From: an uncultured Nitrososphaerota archaeon
Lineage (GTDB): Archaea > Thermoproteota > Nitrososphaeria > Nitrososphaerales > Gagatemarchaeaceae
Length of the DNA: 64,000 nt
Assembly (NCBI GenBank): GCA_963703285.1
Contig: OY969807.1
Span: forward strand, 1,984,001-2,048,000
Direction: 5' to 3'
Both the position numbers and the translations under genes were made by a program. Each line of letters starts with the position of its first letter. The first letter of the stretch is position 1. This document shows positions 43,089 to 52,763 of this stretch, piece by piece. Under the pieces are notes generated by a model. That model did not search any database and was not told where the DNA came from. It was given only the letters and a program-made list of their open reading frames with translations.

Positions 43089-44223
43089 GATCAGCGCCGG
43101 CCAATCGTCTCGTCAGCAGGCAAACCTGGCTGATCGCGCTCTTCCTGACATGCTCGACGGTGTCTTCCACGGTGGTTGCCGTTGGCGTTGGGTAGGACCT
43201 CAACCACGATGCCCGGTATCCCCTTTCGAGGAATGCGTCGCAGTCGGAGCCCCGCGGGGTCGAGAGGCGCGGGAGCCTCAGGCCGAGACTCTCGGCGAGT
43301 GAAGAGATCCTCGAGTTGAGGCCTTCGGAAAGGCGGCCCGCTCTCGAGTTATCCACCAGGTGGAGCCGCCCCGACCCCACGGAATCAAGGTTAACGACAC
43401 TCGGTCGAGTTTCAAGGACTTTCTCAGCGACAAAATGACGAGCGCCAACCAGGCCATATTCCTCTGCGTCGGTCGATAGAAGTGCGAACGAAGGGTTCTT
43501 GATGACTTCTGCAAGGAAGAGAAGAAGCGAGGTGCCCGACGCGTCGTCGAGGGCACCCGGGGAGAAATGCCTCGAGTCGCGGTGCGCCACGTAGACGGCC
43601 GTCGTCTTCGCGTTCCTTGGCGTCGCGAAGATGTTTGTGCCTCGACCACGTACCAGCTCAGCGCGCAGGGTCATGAGGGCTTGCAACGCTTTGCCGGTCG
43701 AGTCCTCCCAGAGCCTCTCGCCAAGCTCGCCGGGAATCATGAGGCAAGGGATTGAAGACGAAGGATACCTCACTCGCCCTGACAGCAGGCGTCCCCTGCT
43801 CTGAAAAATCAGAGCCGCGATGGCGCCCCTCTCGGCCAGGTCTTCCGCAGCCGTCGACTCGTGCGTGGCGGACACCCTCACCAGAGCTATCTTTCCCTGA
43901 ACGTCCTCACTATCCGACCTGCACACCCCTCCAGCCAATCCTGACCTCGGCGTCGAGATGGAGCAGATTGCAGGAAGGCACCTGATGTCCTCACCATCCA
44001 AAGTGAGCCTCCATCGCTCAGGACTGTACCTCTGAAACTCGAAGTGGTCCTCTGTGATTGAGAACCCTCCGGAGCCCTCGATTGACGAGCGCACCAACTC
44101 GCGCGCCCGTTCGCCTTCCCTCGATCCGGCTGCCCTGGGCCCGCGCGACAGCCTCGCGATCCACTCGATTACGAAGCTGGCGTCCGCCCTCTTGCTCCCT
44201 GAGACGACTCGATGGGCTCGCAT
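43075..44223 (-). CDS. M28 family peptidase with PA domain
   Basis: AHRDS, GALDDASG, AEEYGLVGA, NLDSVG, GSD; start inferred. Confidence 0.75.
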   Translation of the reverse strand: MRAHRVVSGSKRADASFVIEWIARLSRGPRAAGSREGERARELVRSSIEGSGGFSITEDHFEFQRYSPERWRLTLDGEDIRCLPAICSISTPRSGLAGGVCRSDSEDVQGKIALVRVSATHESTAAEDLAERGAIAALIFQSRGRLLSGRVRYPSSSIPCLMIPGELGERLWEDSTGKALQALMTLRAELVRGRGTNIFATPRNAKTTAVYVAHRDSRHFSPGALDDASGTSLLLFLAEVIKNPSFALLSTDAEEYGLVGARHFVAEKVLETRPSVVNLDSVGSGRLHLVDNSRAGRLSEGLNSRISSLAESLGLRLPRLSTPRGSDCDAFLERGYRASWLRSYPTPTATTVEDTVEHVRKSAISQVCLLTRRLAGADLSGA

Positions 44224-44282
44224 CCGCTGCTGTGGGAGGGTCAGGTAATGGCTATATACTTCCTCACGCCGGTACAAGCCGG

Positions 44283-45533
44283 TTGCAATCGCGTCGACGG
44301 TTGGGACTGTCTCAGTTAACTGCGGTTGTATTCGCCGTCATTATCATCGTGGCCACGGCTGCGGGGGGCTTGCTCGCGGCCAGTACCGCGAAGACGTCTA
44401 GTTCAACGGTCACGAGCACGGCAAGTCAGCAGCAGCTGATCAACGTGAACTTCGGCTTCTCGGGACCTCCCGATGTCACCGATACGCCCGGCTTCATGTT
44501 CTGGCAGACGTTCGCTCACCAGGTGGGGCTCAACGTCAACGTTCAATACTTCGAAGGAGATTCGACCGTGGCCGAAGCCCTGGTCTCGGGGTCCATTCAG
44601 ATCGCCGAGGGCGGTTTCCAATCCACGGTCCTCGCTGACGAGGCGGAGGGGAACTCGAGCGGGTCCTACCCGTTCCTTATCTTCAGCAACTACGAGGCGG
44701 TGAACGACTACGCCCTCGTGGTCCCCAACTCGATCACGACCATCGCCCAGCTGGCAGGTCAGGCCATCGCCACTTCGGGCCCAGGTTCTTCGTCCGCCCT
44801 ATTCTGCAGCCTCCTCCTGTCCCAGGCTGGTCTCTCAGGGAGCCAGATCAACTGCGCGCCCATCGGGGGAGGTGGATCCCGCTACAGCGCCCTGATTGCG
44901 GGCAAGGTCGTCGGGGACATCGCGGAGCCGTACCAGGTCGTGAGCGCCGTAGCTACGGGCAAGTACCACATCCTGGCCTCCATCCCCGCCGAGTACCCGC
45001 AGATCATGTTCTCGGTGCTCTACACGAGCAGAGCCTACGCAACTGCCAATCCCACGGTCATAACCAAGCTGACGGAGGCCATACTGTTGGCAGACAGATG
45101 GGCCCAGAACGAGAGTGCGTGGGTGGCAAAGGAGAACGAGGAGTTCCCAGGCACCAATACAACGATCGCGGCGACCGCGTGGAAGATTTGGGCTGCGATG
45201 GGGCTGTGGCAGCCAAACGGTGGCCTCACCTACAGCGCTGTCAGCGCGTCGGAGAATTTCCTGCTCCCGCCCAAGGAAATCAACTTCTACCTCAACCCCG
45301 TCTACTTCACGGACACCACCTATCTCAAGAACGCCCTCTCTACGCTGGGTAACTACACCGGCGGCATCGTCACCGACCCGAACATACCCACGCTCAACAT
45401 CACAATTCCTGGGTTCACCGGGTCAAGCACCAGCTCATCCAGCGCGGCGCCCGTGGAGGTATCGGTCCTCATGAGAAGTGGACTCGCTCTCAGGGATGCG
45501 CGTGCTGGCTGGAGCGCGGAGGATAAACTATGA
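44283..45533 (+). CDS. ABC transporter substrate-binding protein (NitT/TauT type)
   Basis: Class III-like signal peptide (RRRLG/LSQL), ALVSGSI, ALIAGKV; adjacent permeases. Confidence 0.75.
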   Translation: MQSRRRLGLSQLTAVVFAVIIIVATAAGGLLAASTAKTSSSTVTSTASQQQLINVNFGFSGPPDVTDTPGFMFWQTFAHQVGLNVNVQYFEGDSTVAEALVSGSIQIAEGGFQSTVLADEAEGNSSGSYPFLIFSNYEAVNDYALVVPNSITTIAQLAGQAIATSGPGSSSALFCSLLLSQAGLSGSQINCAPIGGGGSRYSALIAGKVVGDIAEPYQVVSAVATGKYHILASIPAEYPQIMFSVLYTSRAYATANPTVITKLTEAILLADRWAQNESAWVAKENEEFPGTNTTIAATAWKIWAAMGLWQPNGGLTYSAVSASENFLLPPKEINFYLNPVYFTDTTYLKNALSTLGNYTGGIVTDPNIPTLNITIPGFTGSSTSSSSAAPVEVSVLMRSGLALRDARAGWSAEDKL

Positions 45534-46135
45534 AGACCGCCATCATCGCGGCAGGTATACTGGTATTGCTGGTTGGTATAGCGGTGATAGCTTACGGACT
45601 GTCGTCACCCACAACATCGACCAGTGCCTCGACGACAACCGCATCCGACCCTGTGGTCCCGAACACGAGCAGGACGATTTCAACGAACGGCTTTTGGGCG
45701 ATGGGCGCGGCCAGCCTGGTCCCGGGAGAGTCAGTCACGGGCACGGTAGCCGTCTCCAACTACAGTAGCTCTGCAGGGCCCATCTTCGTCTACGTTCAGA
45801 ACGAGTCCACGTTCATAGCATGGGGCGCCTGCGCTCCCTGCGGCGTAAGCAATCAGCTCAACAAGTCGTTGTCCTCCACCGGTTCGTACACATTCACGTG
45901 GACAGCACCACAAGCCGGTAGCTACTACTTCGTCTTGGACGCCGAATACTATAACGCGGCCGCGCCTGCCTCCTTCTCGGCAAACGCAATGACCACCTCC
46001 ACAATTCAGATATCGCAGTCGACTCCTAACACGACAGTCAACTACGGAGGAGTCGCCGTAGCGGTGGTCGGCGCCATCATCCTAGGAATGGGCCTAATCG
46101 TGGGAACTCAGGCTCGCAAACCGCCTGGGAGCTGA
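45530..46135 (+). CDS. Membrane protein with extracellular beta domain
   Basis: N- and C-terminal TMs, GSYYFVLD. Confidence 0.6.
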   Translation: MKTAIIAAGILVLLVGIAVIAYGLSSPTTSTSASTTTASDPVVPNTSRTISTNGFWAMGAASLVPGESVTGTVAVSNYSSSAGPIFVYVQNESTFIAWGACAPCGVSNQLNKSLSSTGSYTFTWTAPQAGSYYFVLDAEYYNAAAPASFSANAMTTSTIQISQSTPNTTVNYGGVAVAVVGAIILGMGLIVGTQARKPPGS

Positions 46136-46185
46136 GCCGCCGAACGGCTCTTGTACACCTCCTTCGAAGGAAGTAGCGGTAGCCG

Positions 46186-46944
46186 TTGGTTAGCTACAAA
46201 TGGGCCGTCCGCCTCTCATCCGTGGCTATAGTGCTAGTTGCTTGGCAGCTTATCGGCGGGTCCGTCAACCCCGATCTGTTTTCCTCGCCATCCTTGGTGA
46301 TAGCCGCATTCGTGAACCTCTGTCTCAATACCTCATTCGTCTACGACCTCCTCAGCACTCTGCGTGACTTCTTCATCGGATTCGCCATAGCGGCCGTGGT
46401 GGGAATCCTCACAGGAATAGCCATGGCGAGGTGGCACGTAGTCGAAACAGCGCTGGACCCATACGTCAGCGCGCTCTACAGCACGCCATACGTCGCGCTC
46501 GCGCCGCTCTTCGTCATCTGGTTCGGGATAGGCTTCGAAGAACTCCTCGTGATAGTGGTCCTGTCCTCAGTCTTCGTCATCCTGATCAACACCCTGGCGG
46601 GCGTCAAGAACCTGGCGATGAGCTACGTCGAGACCGGACACGCCTTTGGCTTCACGGGCTTTGCCTTCTACAGAAAGGTCGTCATCCCCGGTGCACTCCC
46701 CTACATAATCACGGGTCTCAGGCTGGGTCTCTCGAGGGGGTTCGTGGGAGTGATCATAGCCGAGCTGTTGATCAGGCTCGACAGGCTCGGTTTCTTGATG
46801 GTCTACTATTCCGACCTTCTCGAGGTCGCTCCGGTGTTCGCGATAGCGGTGACCTTGGGGTTGATCGGCCTGTTCATGACCGAGGCGCTGAAGAGAGTCG
46901 AGGCGTACATCTCACCTTGGCGCGCAGCGGCCAAGGGTGGTTAA
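46186..46944 (+). CDS. ABC transporter permease (NitT/TauT)
   Basis: P.VALAPL..IWFG, NTLAGVK, PGALPYIITGLRLG. Confidence 0.9.
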   Translation: MVSYKWAVRLSSVAIVLVAWQLIGGSVNPDLFSSPSLVIAAFVNLCLNTSFVYDLLSTLRDFFIGFAIAAVVGILTGIAMARWHVVETALDPYVSALYSTPYVALAPLFVIWFGIGFEELLVIVVLSSVFVILINTLAGVKNLAMSYVETGHAFGFTGFAFYRKVVIPGALPYIITGLRLGLSRGFVGVIIAELLIRLDRLGFLMVYYSDLLEVAPVFAIAVTLGLIGLFMTEALKRVEAYISPWRAAAKGG

Positions 46945-47779
46945 TTTGGCGAAAGTGGTCGTCGATAAGGTCACGAAGGGATTCGTCTCGTCGGACGGCA
47001 AGAGAAAGACGGACGTCCTCAGCGATATCTCGATCACAGTCGAAGATAGGGAGATCGTTTCGGTGATCGGACCCACGGGCTGCGGCAAGTCGACTCTGCT
47101 GCGCATAATCGCCGGAATTTCGACCCCCGACTCGGGACAGGTCACCGTCGGTGGGGACCCCGTCCTCGATTCGACCAACCCGAAGAGTGCGATGGTGTTT
47201 CAGGGCTTCAACCTGTTTCCCTGGCGAACCGTCTCGAAGAACGTGGAGTTCGGGCTGGAGGCGAAGCAGCTGCCCCCGGACGAGAGGAGAAGGATTGCAA
47301 AGAAGTACGTCGAACTCGTCGGGCTGAAGGGTTTCGAAGACTACCACCCCCACCAGCTCTCCGGGGGCATGCAGCAGCGAACGGGACTCGCGAGAGCCCT
47401 GGCAATCGAGCCCGAGGTCATCCTGCTGGACGAACCCTTCAGTTCCGTCGACTTCCTCACAAGAGAGTCTCTCCAGCAGGAGGTGCTGAGGATCCTCCTC
47501 GAGACCAAGAAGACGGCGATCTTTGTCACCCACAACATCGACGAAGCTATCCTGCTCTCGAACAGAATCTTCAGCCTCGGCGGGAAGCCGGCGACCGTGA
47601 TGGACGTCTTCGAGGTGGACCTTCCCCGCCCTCGTACGGACGAGACGCTGCTCTCCGAGAAGACCGTCTCCCTGAAGTTGAAGCTGAAGCACAACCTGGT
47701 GGCCGCTGCCCAGGCGAGGCAGGTGATCGACGCCTCTGGCGCGGGCGCCCTTCCCCCCGAGGGCCCCACGGAGGACTAG
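46937..47779 (+). CDS. ABC transporter ATP-binding protein (NitT/TauT)
   Basis: GPTGCGKST, LSGGMQQR, LLDEPF. Confidence 0.93.
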   Translation: MVNLAKVVVDKVTKGFVSSDGKRKTDVLSDISITVEDREIVSVIGPTGCGKSTLLRIIAGISTPDSGQVTVGGDPVLDSTNPKSAMVFQGFNLFPWRTVSKNVEFGLEAKQLPPDERRRIAKKYVELVGLKGFEDYHPHQLSGGMQQRTGLARALAIEPEVILLDEPFSSVDFLTRESLQQEVLRILLETKKTAIFVTHNIDEAILLSNRIFSLGGKPATVMDVFEVDLPRPRTDETLLSEKTVSLKLKLKHNLVAAAQARQVIDASGAGALPPEGPTED

Positions 47780-47782
47780 CCG

Positions 47783-48556
47783 TTGGCCCTTGGTCTTCTG
47801 ACGAGCAACTGGGCCATCAGAATCTACGCCCTCGCAATCTTCCTGACGGGGTGGCAATTGATAGGGCAGTCGGTGAACCCGATAATATTCGCCCCTCCAG
47901 CCAAGGTCGCATCGGCCTTCTCCAGCCTGTGGTCCGCCGGAACGCTCCAGGCTGACACCCTCGTAACCCTCGAAACGATGTTTGCTGGATTCTTGGTATC
48001 CTGTGCTGTCGGGATCCCGCTCGGGCTCCTGATGGGACGAATTCGGCTCGCCGAGTACACCTTCGATCCGTATGTGAATTTCATCTATGCAACGCCGGTG
48101 GTTGCGATAATCCCCATCGCGCTCATCTGGTTCGGCCCGAGCATCTCGGCCACGTACTTCATCATCTCACTTCACACCATACCTCCAATTCTGATCAACA
48201 CCATGGCCGGTGTGAAGGACACAGAGAGGAGCATTCTGGAGACCGGCAGAGCCTTTGGGTTCAAAGGAAGGAAGCTGTGGCAGAAGGTTGTCATACCGGC
48301 GTCGGCTCCCTTCATCATGGCCGGACTGAGAATCGGTATCGGCGCGGCGTTGATAGGGACGATGGTCGCCGAGATCTTTCTCTACAACGCCGGCTTGGGC
48401 TATCTGCTTGTGAATGAGACGGCCTTCTTCAACAGCGCTGCGGTCGTGTGCGGGGTCCTGATTATCATGGTTATCGGCGTGGTCCTGGCGGAGTCGACAA
48501 AGTGGCTAGACCGGAGGTTCGTTGGCTGGGCTCGCGGGGCTTCCGGAGTGAGATAG
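47783..48556 (+). CDS. ABC transporter permease (NitT/TauT)
   Basis: Paralog of the 46186 permease, same motifs. Confidence 0.9.
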   Translation: MALGLLTSNWAIRIYALAIFLTGWQLIGQSVNPIIFAPPAKVASAFSSLWSAGTLQADTLVTLETMFAGFLVSCAVGIPLGLLMGRIRLAEYTFDPYVNFIYATPVVAIIPIALIWFGPSISATYFIISLHTIPPILINTMAGVKDTERSILETGRAFGFKGRKLWQKVVIPASAPFIMAGLRIGIGAALIGTMVAEIFLYNAGLGYLLVNETAFFNSAAVVCGVLIIMVIGVVLAESTKWLDRRFVGWARGASGVR

Positions 48557-48615
48557 ACCAGCCCGGTTGAGAGCGAAGCACCGAGGACTGGGAGTGCAGG
48601 AGTCTGGCAGGGGAC

Positions 48616-48638
48616 GCGGGCCCGGATGGATTCGAACC
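48616..48638 (-). other. tRNA 3'-end-like fragment (GGTTCGAATCCATCCGGGCCCGC), possible att remnant
   Basis: T-loop consensus plus acceptor 3' strand; no complete T-stem or 5' half. Confidence 0.45.
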
Positions 48639-48653
48639 TGCGAGTCCCTGGAC

Positions 48654-48691
48654 CTACTCCTTGTCGATGAACTCTGTGGGGTTCGGCGGCT
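48654..48691 (-). repeat. fusA 3'-end copy 5 (37/38 identical, TAG)
   Basis: Direct comparison with 52818-52855. Confidence 0.92.
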
Positions 48692-48697
48692 TTGACA

Positions 48698-48946
48698 TCA
48701 TCCGTAAGCAGAGCCTCTGCTGGCAATCTTGAAAACGAGAACCGTCTGAGCGTCGGCGATTGTATAGAGTATCCGGTAATCGCCAACTCTGAGCCTGTAT
48801 GAGTTTGGTATTCCCCGAAGCTTCTTGCAGCCTTGCGGATAGGGAGATTCCACGAGTTCGGATATCCTTGATTCGAGCCTTTCTCTCAGAACCGGCGGTG
48901 ATTCATCTAGGGCCTTCTTGGCTCTGCTCGATAGATAGACCTTCAA
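48698..48946 (-). CDS. RelE/ParE family toxin
   Basis: KKLRG...YRLRVGDYRILY...R..Y. Confidence 0.88.
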   Translation of the reverse strand: MKVYLSSRAKKALDESPPVLRERLESRISELVESPYPQGCKKLRGIPNSYRLRVGDYRILYTIADAQTVLVFKIASRGSAYG

Positions 48947-49113
48947 CGCTTACGGGACCTGACGAATGGCACCGATCTTCCTTCCTTGTGCTCCTGAACC
49001 GCCTCAGCGAAAGCTCTCCTGTCATCCTCGGAGGTCTCCTCAGACAGCGCCTCCTCGATCGAATCGAGTCGCCTTCTGATGAGGTTCAATTCCTTCTCGA
49101 GGCCCGTCTCCAT
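48943..49113 (-). CDS. Putative antitoxin, 56 aa (not in ORF track)
   Basis: METGLEKELNLIRRRLDSIEEALSEE...EHKEGRSVPF; stop overlaps the RelE TTG start. Confidence 0.75.
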   Translation of the reverse strand: METGLEKELNLIRRRLDSIEEALSEETSEDDRRAFAEAVQEHKEGRSVPFVRSRKR

Positions 49114-49189
49114 CTTATCCTCTCTTGAGTCCTTGGACGTAATTAAACCCTGCTCGCTGGGATTGAAGTCCCGAAGTCCGGGTTCGGGC

Positions 49190-49231
49190 CTACTCCTTGC
49201 CGATGAACTCTGTGGGGTCCGGTGGCTCCGG
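49190..49231 (-). repeat. fusA 3'-end copy 4 (38/42 identical, TAG)
   Basis: Direct comparison with 52818-52859. Confidence 0.9.
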
Positions 49232-49316
49232 GCTAAGGTCTGGCCATGTCCTAATCTGCGAATCAGTCAACCGAAACGCTTCTGTCAATTGGAACCGAAT
49301 CATGAGCTTGATGGGT

Positions 49317-49796
49317 CTACGGCGCTGGATTTGACGGAGGCAGCAATTCCTTCTTCACAAAGTCGCTGAACGAACGGTCAAACCAGTCTTCCATTCTGTC
49401 GTCTGTCCAGACTTTTGCAATCAACCCGCGACTGAAGGCGTTCTTCATCCACAGCAGCTCTCCCTCCCATTCGTTGTCGCTGAGGATTTTCCTCTGCTTC
49501 ATGTGATAGGTGTGCGCGCACATTAGCAGGATTTGGTAGGCAAAATGTCTCTCCTTGCGAGATTCGACCGGCAACTGGTTGTTGATTACCTTCAAGAGAC
49601 TCGGGTCTTCCTGTAGCGTCGCGGACAGGCTTTGGTGCATCTTGTCGATGTCGGCCAGGACCCTGGTCTCCAAGTCGACCTTCTGACTCCGCACCTGCCG
49701 GGTGGAAAAATAGAGCGTCACACCAAGAGCCCCTATCAGCACTATTGACTGTACCAGGCTCAGCACGTCGCTGAATCCAAGGGCAGCCACAGCCAC
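49317..49796 (-). CDS. Hypothetical protein with N-terminal TM helix
   Basis: TM followed by helical domain; start inferred from upstream TATA-like box. Confidence 0.6.
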   Translation of the reverse strand: MAVAALGFSDVLSLVQSIVLIGALGVTLYFSTRQVRSQKVDLETRVLADIDKMHQSLSATLQEDPSLLKVINNQLPVESRKERHFAYQILLMCAHTYHMKQRKILSDNEWEGELLWMKNAFSRGLIAKVWTDDRMEDWFDRSFSDFVKKELLPPSNPAP

Positions 49797-50006
49797 CGTA
49801 TCACCATGAATTGATAGATTAACTTTTGGACAAGTAAGGAGTGCCCAGACCAACCTTCAATACCGCAAGCACGATGTCTTTCTAGTAGGTTCCCGAAACA
49901 GAAGACTGTCTGCAGGAGAATGTGGTGGTCGCTATCCGGGTGGGAAATCCGGCCTGGCATCTCGCAAGAGTTCAGGCCCTACAGGATCGAACCCGAGTCT
50001 GAGCCG

Positions 50007-50043
50007 TCACTCCTTGCCGATGATTTCGGCGGGCGGCGGTTCC
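50007..50043 (-). repeat. fusA 3'-end copy 3 (EPP-PAEIIGKE*, TGA; one-codon deletion)
   Basis: tcactccttgccgatgatttcggcgggcggcggttcc aligns to the fusA end. Confidence 0.7.
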
Positions 50044-50108
50044 CGAGCGGGCAAGGCATCTGCTTCCTGGGGCAAATCGGTTGCCACGTCAAGTTCTCGC
50101 AGGCTGCC

Positions 50109-50288
50109 TTAGCGTCCTCGACTGTTAGTTATCGCCTGATTTATGTCATTCAGGGCCAGAATCTCTTCACCGAATGTCTCCTGACTTCTCTCCCATGCGA
50201 CCAAGGCGCGTCGCACGACTACTCTACGAAGTCTTAGGAGAATCTTTAGGAGCTCTTCTTGTGCTTCTTCGTCGCTCTTCTCGGCCAA
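50109..50288 (-). CDS. Small hypothetical protein, 59 aa (not in ORF track)
   Basis: MAEKSDEEAQEELLKILLRL...; overlaps the upstream small ORF. Confidence 0.45.
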   Translation of the reverse strand: MAEKSDEEAQEELLKILLRLRRVVVRRALVAWERSQETFGEEILALNDINQAITNSRGR

Positions 50289-50392
50289 TTGTCGATCACC
50301 TTATCAGCCCTTGAAGCGATGTAGGCTTCCCACTTCTCGGGATCGCGGCTAAGTTTCCCTATCTTCCTTAGCACGTCGTCCGATTCTCCCAT
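50246..50392 (-). CDS. Small hypothetical protein, 48 aa (not in ORF track)
   Basis: MGESDDVLRKIGKLSRDPEKWEAY...; TATA-like CTTATAT about 30 bp upstream. Confidence 0.45.
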   Translation of the reverse strand: MGESDDVLRKIGKLSRDPEKWEAYIASRADKVIDNWPRRATKKHKKSS

Positions 50393-50466
50393 TCGAGTCA
50401 CAACTGAGTATAAGGGCGCTGGATATAAGCGGTGCGTAGTCTCGAGTCAGATGGTACGCGGCTAGA

Positions 50467-50526
50467 TTATTCTTTGTCAATGAACTCCACTGGGTTCGGC
50501 GGCTCGGGCCAGAGGCCCTTCGTCTT
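50467..50526 (-). repeat. fusA 3'-end copy 2 (KTKGLWPEPPNPVEFIDKE*, TAA)
   Basis: Protein-level match with many synonymous changes. Confidence 0.88.
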
Positions 50527-50944
50527 TTCCCAGGACCTTGATCACAGGCAGTGAGCCGCTGATTCCCACAGAAGACGTTTCGAGTTACCTAATCGGTCAC
50601 AGCTTCGAGAGCTTCTTCGTCAGCGTCCGGTGAGTCTCCAGAGTCTCCTCTATGGCTCTCTTCTACGCGTCGGCCTCTGATTCTGGATGTCATTCCTGCT
50701 TCGCCTTCATACGATTGATTTTTCATGTCCATTCCAGCCTCCTAAGCCTACCCTTCAACCAAGCAACCGCCTGAGGGAGAGTCATCCTGTCGGCTGCAAC
50801 GTCAAAGCATGAACCTGATTGCCGCATCGTCCTGAACCGCGAACACAAGGCAGGTTGTAAAGGCCTCTCGGGACCACCTGACTTCGGCCTCGCGCACGTG
50901 TCTGCTGTGTTTAAGAATGCGTGAACGGCATCTGAGGGAATCGA

Positions 50945-51505
50945 ATGTTCGGCCTGACAAGCTTCGAGTCAGTTGATTCTGTCCTGGCTTTGTTGAGCAT
51001 CGCCATAGGGGTCTCGATATTCTTGATGCAGCAGAGGGCCGACGAAAAAATAAACGGCATAATCAAGAGGCAGTTCAGACGGCAGGAGCTCGAAAAGAAG
51101 TACTTCGGGACGAGGCTGATTTCGAATCTGGAGCTCGTGAGGAAGAATTATCTTAAACTGCGGCAGTTTCTGGGTGATTATCTCAACGACCATTCGCAGG
51201 CCAGCAGGCAGAAGGTGAAGAGCTTCTGTACGTTCCACAGCAAGCATCTGGACGAGTACGTCGTTCCAACGCTGCGAAGCGACCTGGGGCGACTGATCGA
51301 GTTCATAGACGACCTGGAACTGGTCGACCAGCTCTCGTCAGCGTTCGATGACTTGTCATCTCCTTTCAAAGATTGTTCCGTTGACAGCGCGCTCGACGAA
51401 CCTGACTCATCGCTGAGAGGGAAGATGTCCTCTTTGCAGGAACGGTCCGAGCGAATCGAATCCCTTCTGTCGAAGCTTGGGAGAGAGGTTCCGACGTTGG
51501 AGTAG
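50945..51505 (+). CDS. Hypothetical protein with N-terminal TM helix
   Basis: 186-aa ORF behind TTTAAG box. Confidence 0.6.
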   Translation: MFGLTSFESVDSVLALLSIAIGVSIFLMQQRADEKINGIIKRQFRRQELEKKYFGTRLISNLELVRKNYLKLRQFLGDYLNDHSQASRQKVKSFCTFHSKHLDEYVVPTLRSDLGRLIEFIDDLELVDQLSSAFDDLSSPFKDCSVDSALDEPDSSLRGKMSSLQERSERIESLLSKLGREVPTLE

Positions 51506-51678
51506 TCGCCCCGGCAAAGCCCCGGAACGCGATGGTGACGATAGCGGAATCGGGGCTTGCCATCCCGGGTCGTCCAGCCCCCGAGGCCCAGCCAAGTCGC
51601 CCGTTCGAAGATTCGACTATGACTTCCAAAACCCGGGAAGCAATCATTATATGCCGCAAGCCCTCAGGAACCTCTACA

Positions 51679-51858
51679 ATGCTTCGATACGCGTGCAGGA
51701 CTTCAGGGCTCGACTGCGACGCGGTCTTCACGACAAAGACCGAGGAAGAGCTGATCAATCAAATCAACCAGCATGCCATTCAGGTGCACGGATTAGAGCC
51801 GAGCGACTTGAGCCCGGAGCTCATGCGCCAAGTCAAGGCCAAGATCGAACGGTCCTAG
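51679..51858 (+). CDS. DUF1059-like small metal-binding protein
   Basis: C....DC......TEEEL.....HA...HG. Confidence 0.75.
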   Translation: MLRYACRTSGLDCDAVFTTKTEEELINQINQHAIQVHGLEPSDLSPELMRQVKAKIERS

Positions 51859-51980
51859 GGGCCATCGTGGCGAATCCTTGGCGAGAAAGCCGCCGACCGC
51901 CCTCGCGGAACCGAAGGTGCCGCGGAAGCCTCTGAGTTTGCCTCGAAGACCCATCTTGCCTGCTTTCTTCCCCGCTTCCC

Positions 51981-52087
51981 CTACTCCTTGTCTATGAACT
52001 CGGCGGGGTTCGGCGGCTCCGGCGCCAGCCCCTTCCTCTTCCTAATCTCCATGACCAGCGGCAGGAGCATGTTCGTCGGGACCGACT
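51981..52087 (-). repeat. fusA 3'-end copy 1 (103/107 identical, TAG)
   Basis: Matches 52818-52924; three synonymous differences and one T>M difference. Confidence 0.97.
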
Positions 52088-52504
52088 TCCTACATCAATC
52101 CAACCTAGATGTTCGCGTCTTCCGATCTCCTTGAGCCGGTCGAAATGCCGATCGGACGATACGATTGCCTCAGCCCGGGACCGCATCGCCGAGGCTGCGT
52201 GGATCGCATCTCTGGGGTCGAGCCTGTACCTCCTGATCAGGTCGAGTGCCGACGGCAGCAGGTCGCCATCGACGGACAGGATTCCCAGACCCGGCATCGT
52301 CAGGTAAGCCTCTCCGGCTGTGGCCGCGTCCTCAGGGCTCCTGTGCCTCTTGACCACCCAAACGATTTCGTCGAAGGCGAGCGCCGACGATGCTGCCTGC
52401 TGACGGCCCGACTGCACCTCTCCGAGGAGCGCTCTCGCCCGCTTGCCTATCCTATCCGTGCTCAGAGCCGCGTAGATGAACACGTTCGAATCGAGGTAGA
52501 GCAG
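51992..52504 (-). CDS. vapC: PIN-domain (VapC) toxin; C-terminus runs on into the fusA copy
   Basis: YLDSNVFIY, FDEI, DAIHAA, IVSSDRHFD; start (CTG) inferred. Confidence 0.85.
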   Translation of the reverse strand: MLYLDSNVFIYAALSTDRIGKRARALLGEVQSGRQQAASSALAFDEIVWVVKRHRSPEDAATAGEAYLTMPGLGILSVDGDLLPSALDLIRRYRLDPRDAIHAASAMRSRAEAIVSSDRHFDRLKEIGRREHLGWIDVGSRSRRTCSCRWSWRLGRGRGWRRSRRTPPSS

Positions 52505-52508
52505 GTCT

Positions 52509-52763
52509 TCATTCCCTGCCTTTCAGCTCGTCTTCGTAGGCGTGGGCCGGGACGCGCGATATCGAGCGCCCCTTCGACGCTATTCTTTCGAAGAGCGCCA
52601 CCGAGTCGGTCTCGGCTCTCTCGAGGAGGAGCCTGTCGCCTTCCAGCTTAAAGACGACCTTCGAGCCGGGGTGGACGTTCAGCGCCCTGCGCATGACTTT
52701 CGGAATCACGACCTGGCCCTTGGGACCGACTTTCATCTCCTCCTCTGCCGTGGGTGCGGTCAT
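52509..52763 (-). CDS. AbrB/MazE-type antitoxin (VapB)
   Basis: KVGPKGQVVIPKVMRRALNV.PG. Confidence 0.88.
   Translation of the reverse strand: MTAPTAEEEMKVGPKGQVVIPKVMRRALNVHPGSKVVFKLEGDRLLLERAETDSVALFERIASKGRSISRVPAHAYEDELKGRE

Noticed and set aside
46134-46150. GAGCCGCCGAAC matching the fusA tail core in inverted orientation
   Set aside because: A 12-bp match that is better explained as a small hairpin (GAGCCG-CCGAA-CGGCTC) after a stop codon
48616-48690. Complete tRNA gene
   Set aside because: No D-arm, anticodon arm or 5' acceptor strand; the upstream sequence is a fusA tail
50590-50730. Possible antitoxin remnant (..AIEETLETHRTLTKKLSKL*) on the minus strand
   Set aside because: No clean start or partner gene; too degraded to support a call
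36472-52087. CRISPR array interpretation of the ~37-bp repeats
   Set aside because: Spacing is 0.4-12 kb and irregular, the repeats translate as the EF-2 C-terminus, and no cas genes are seen
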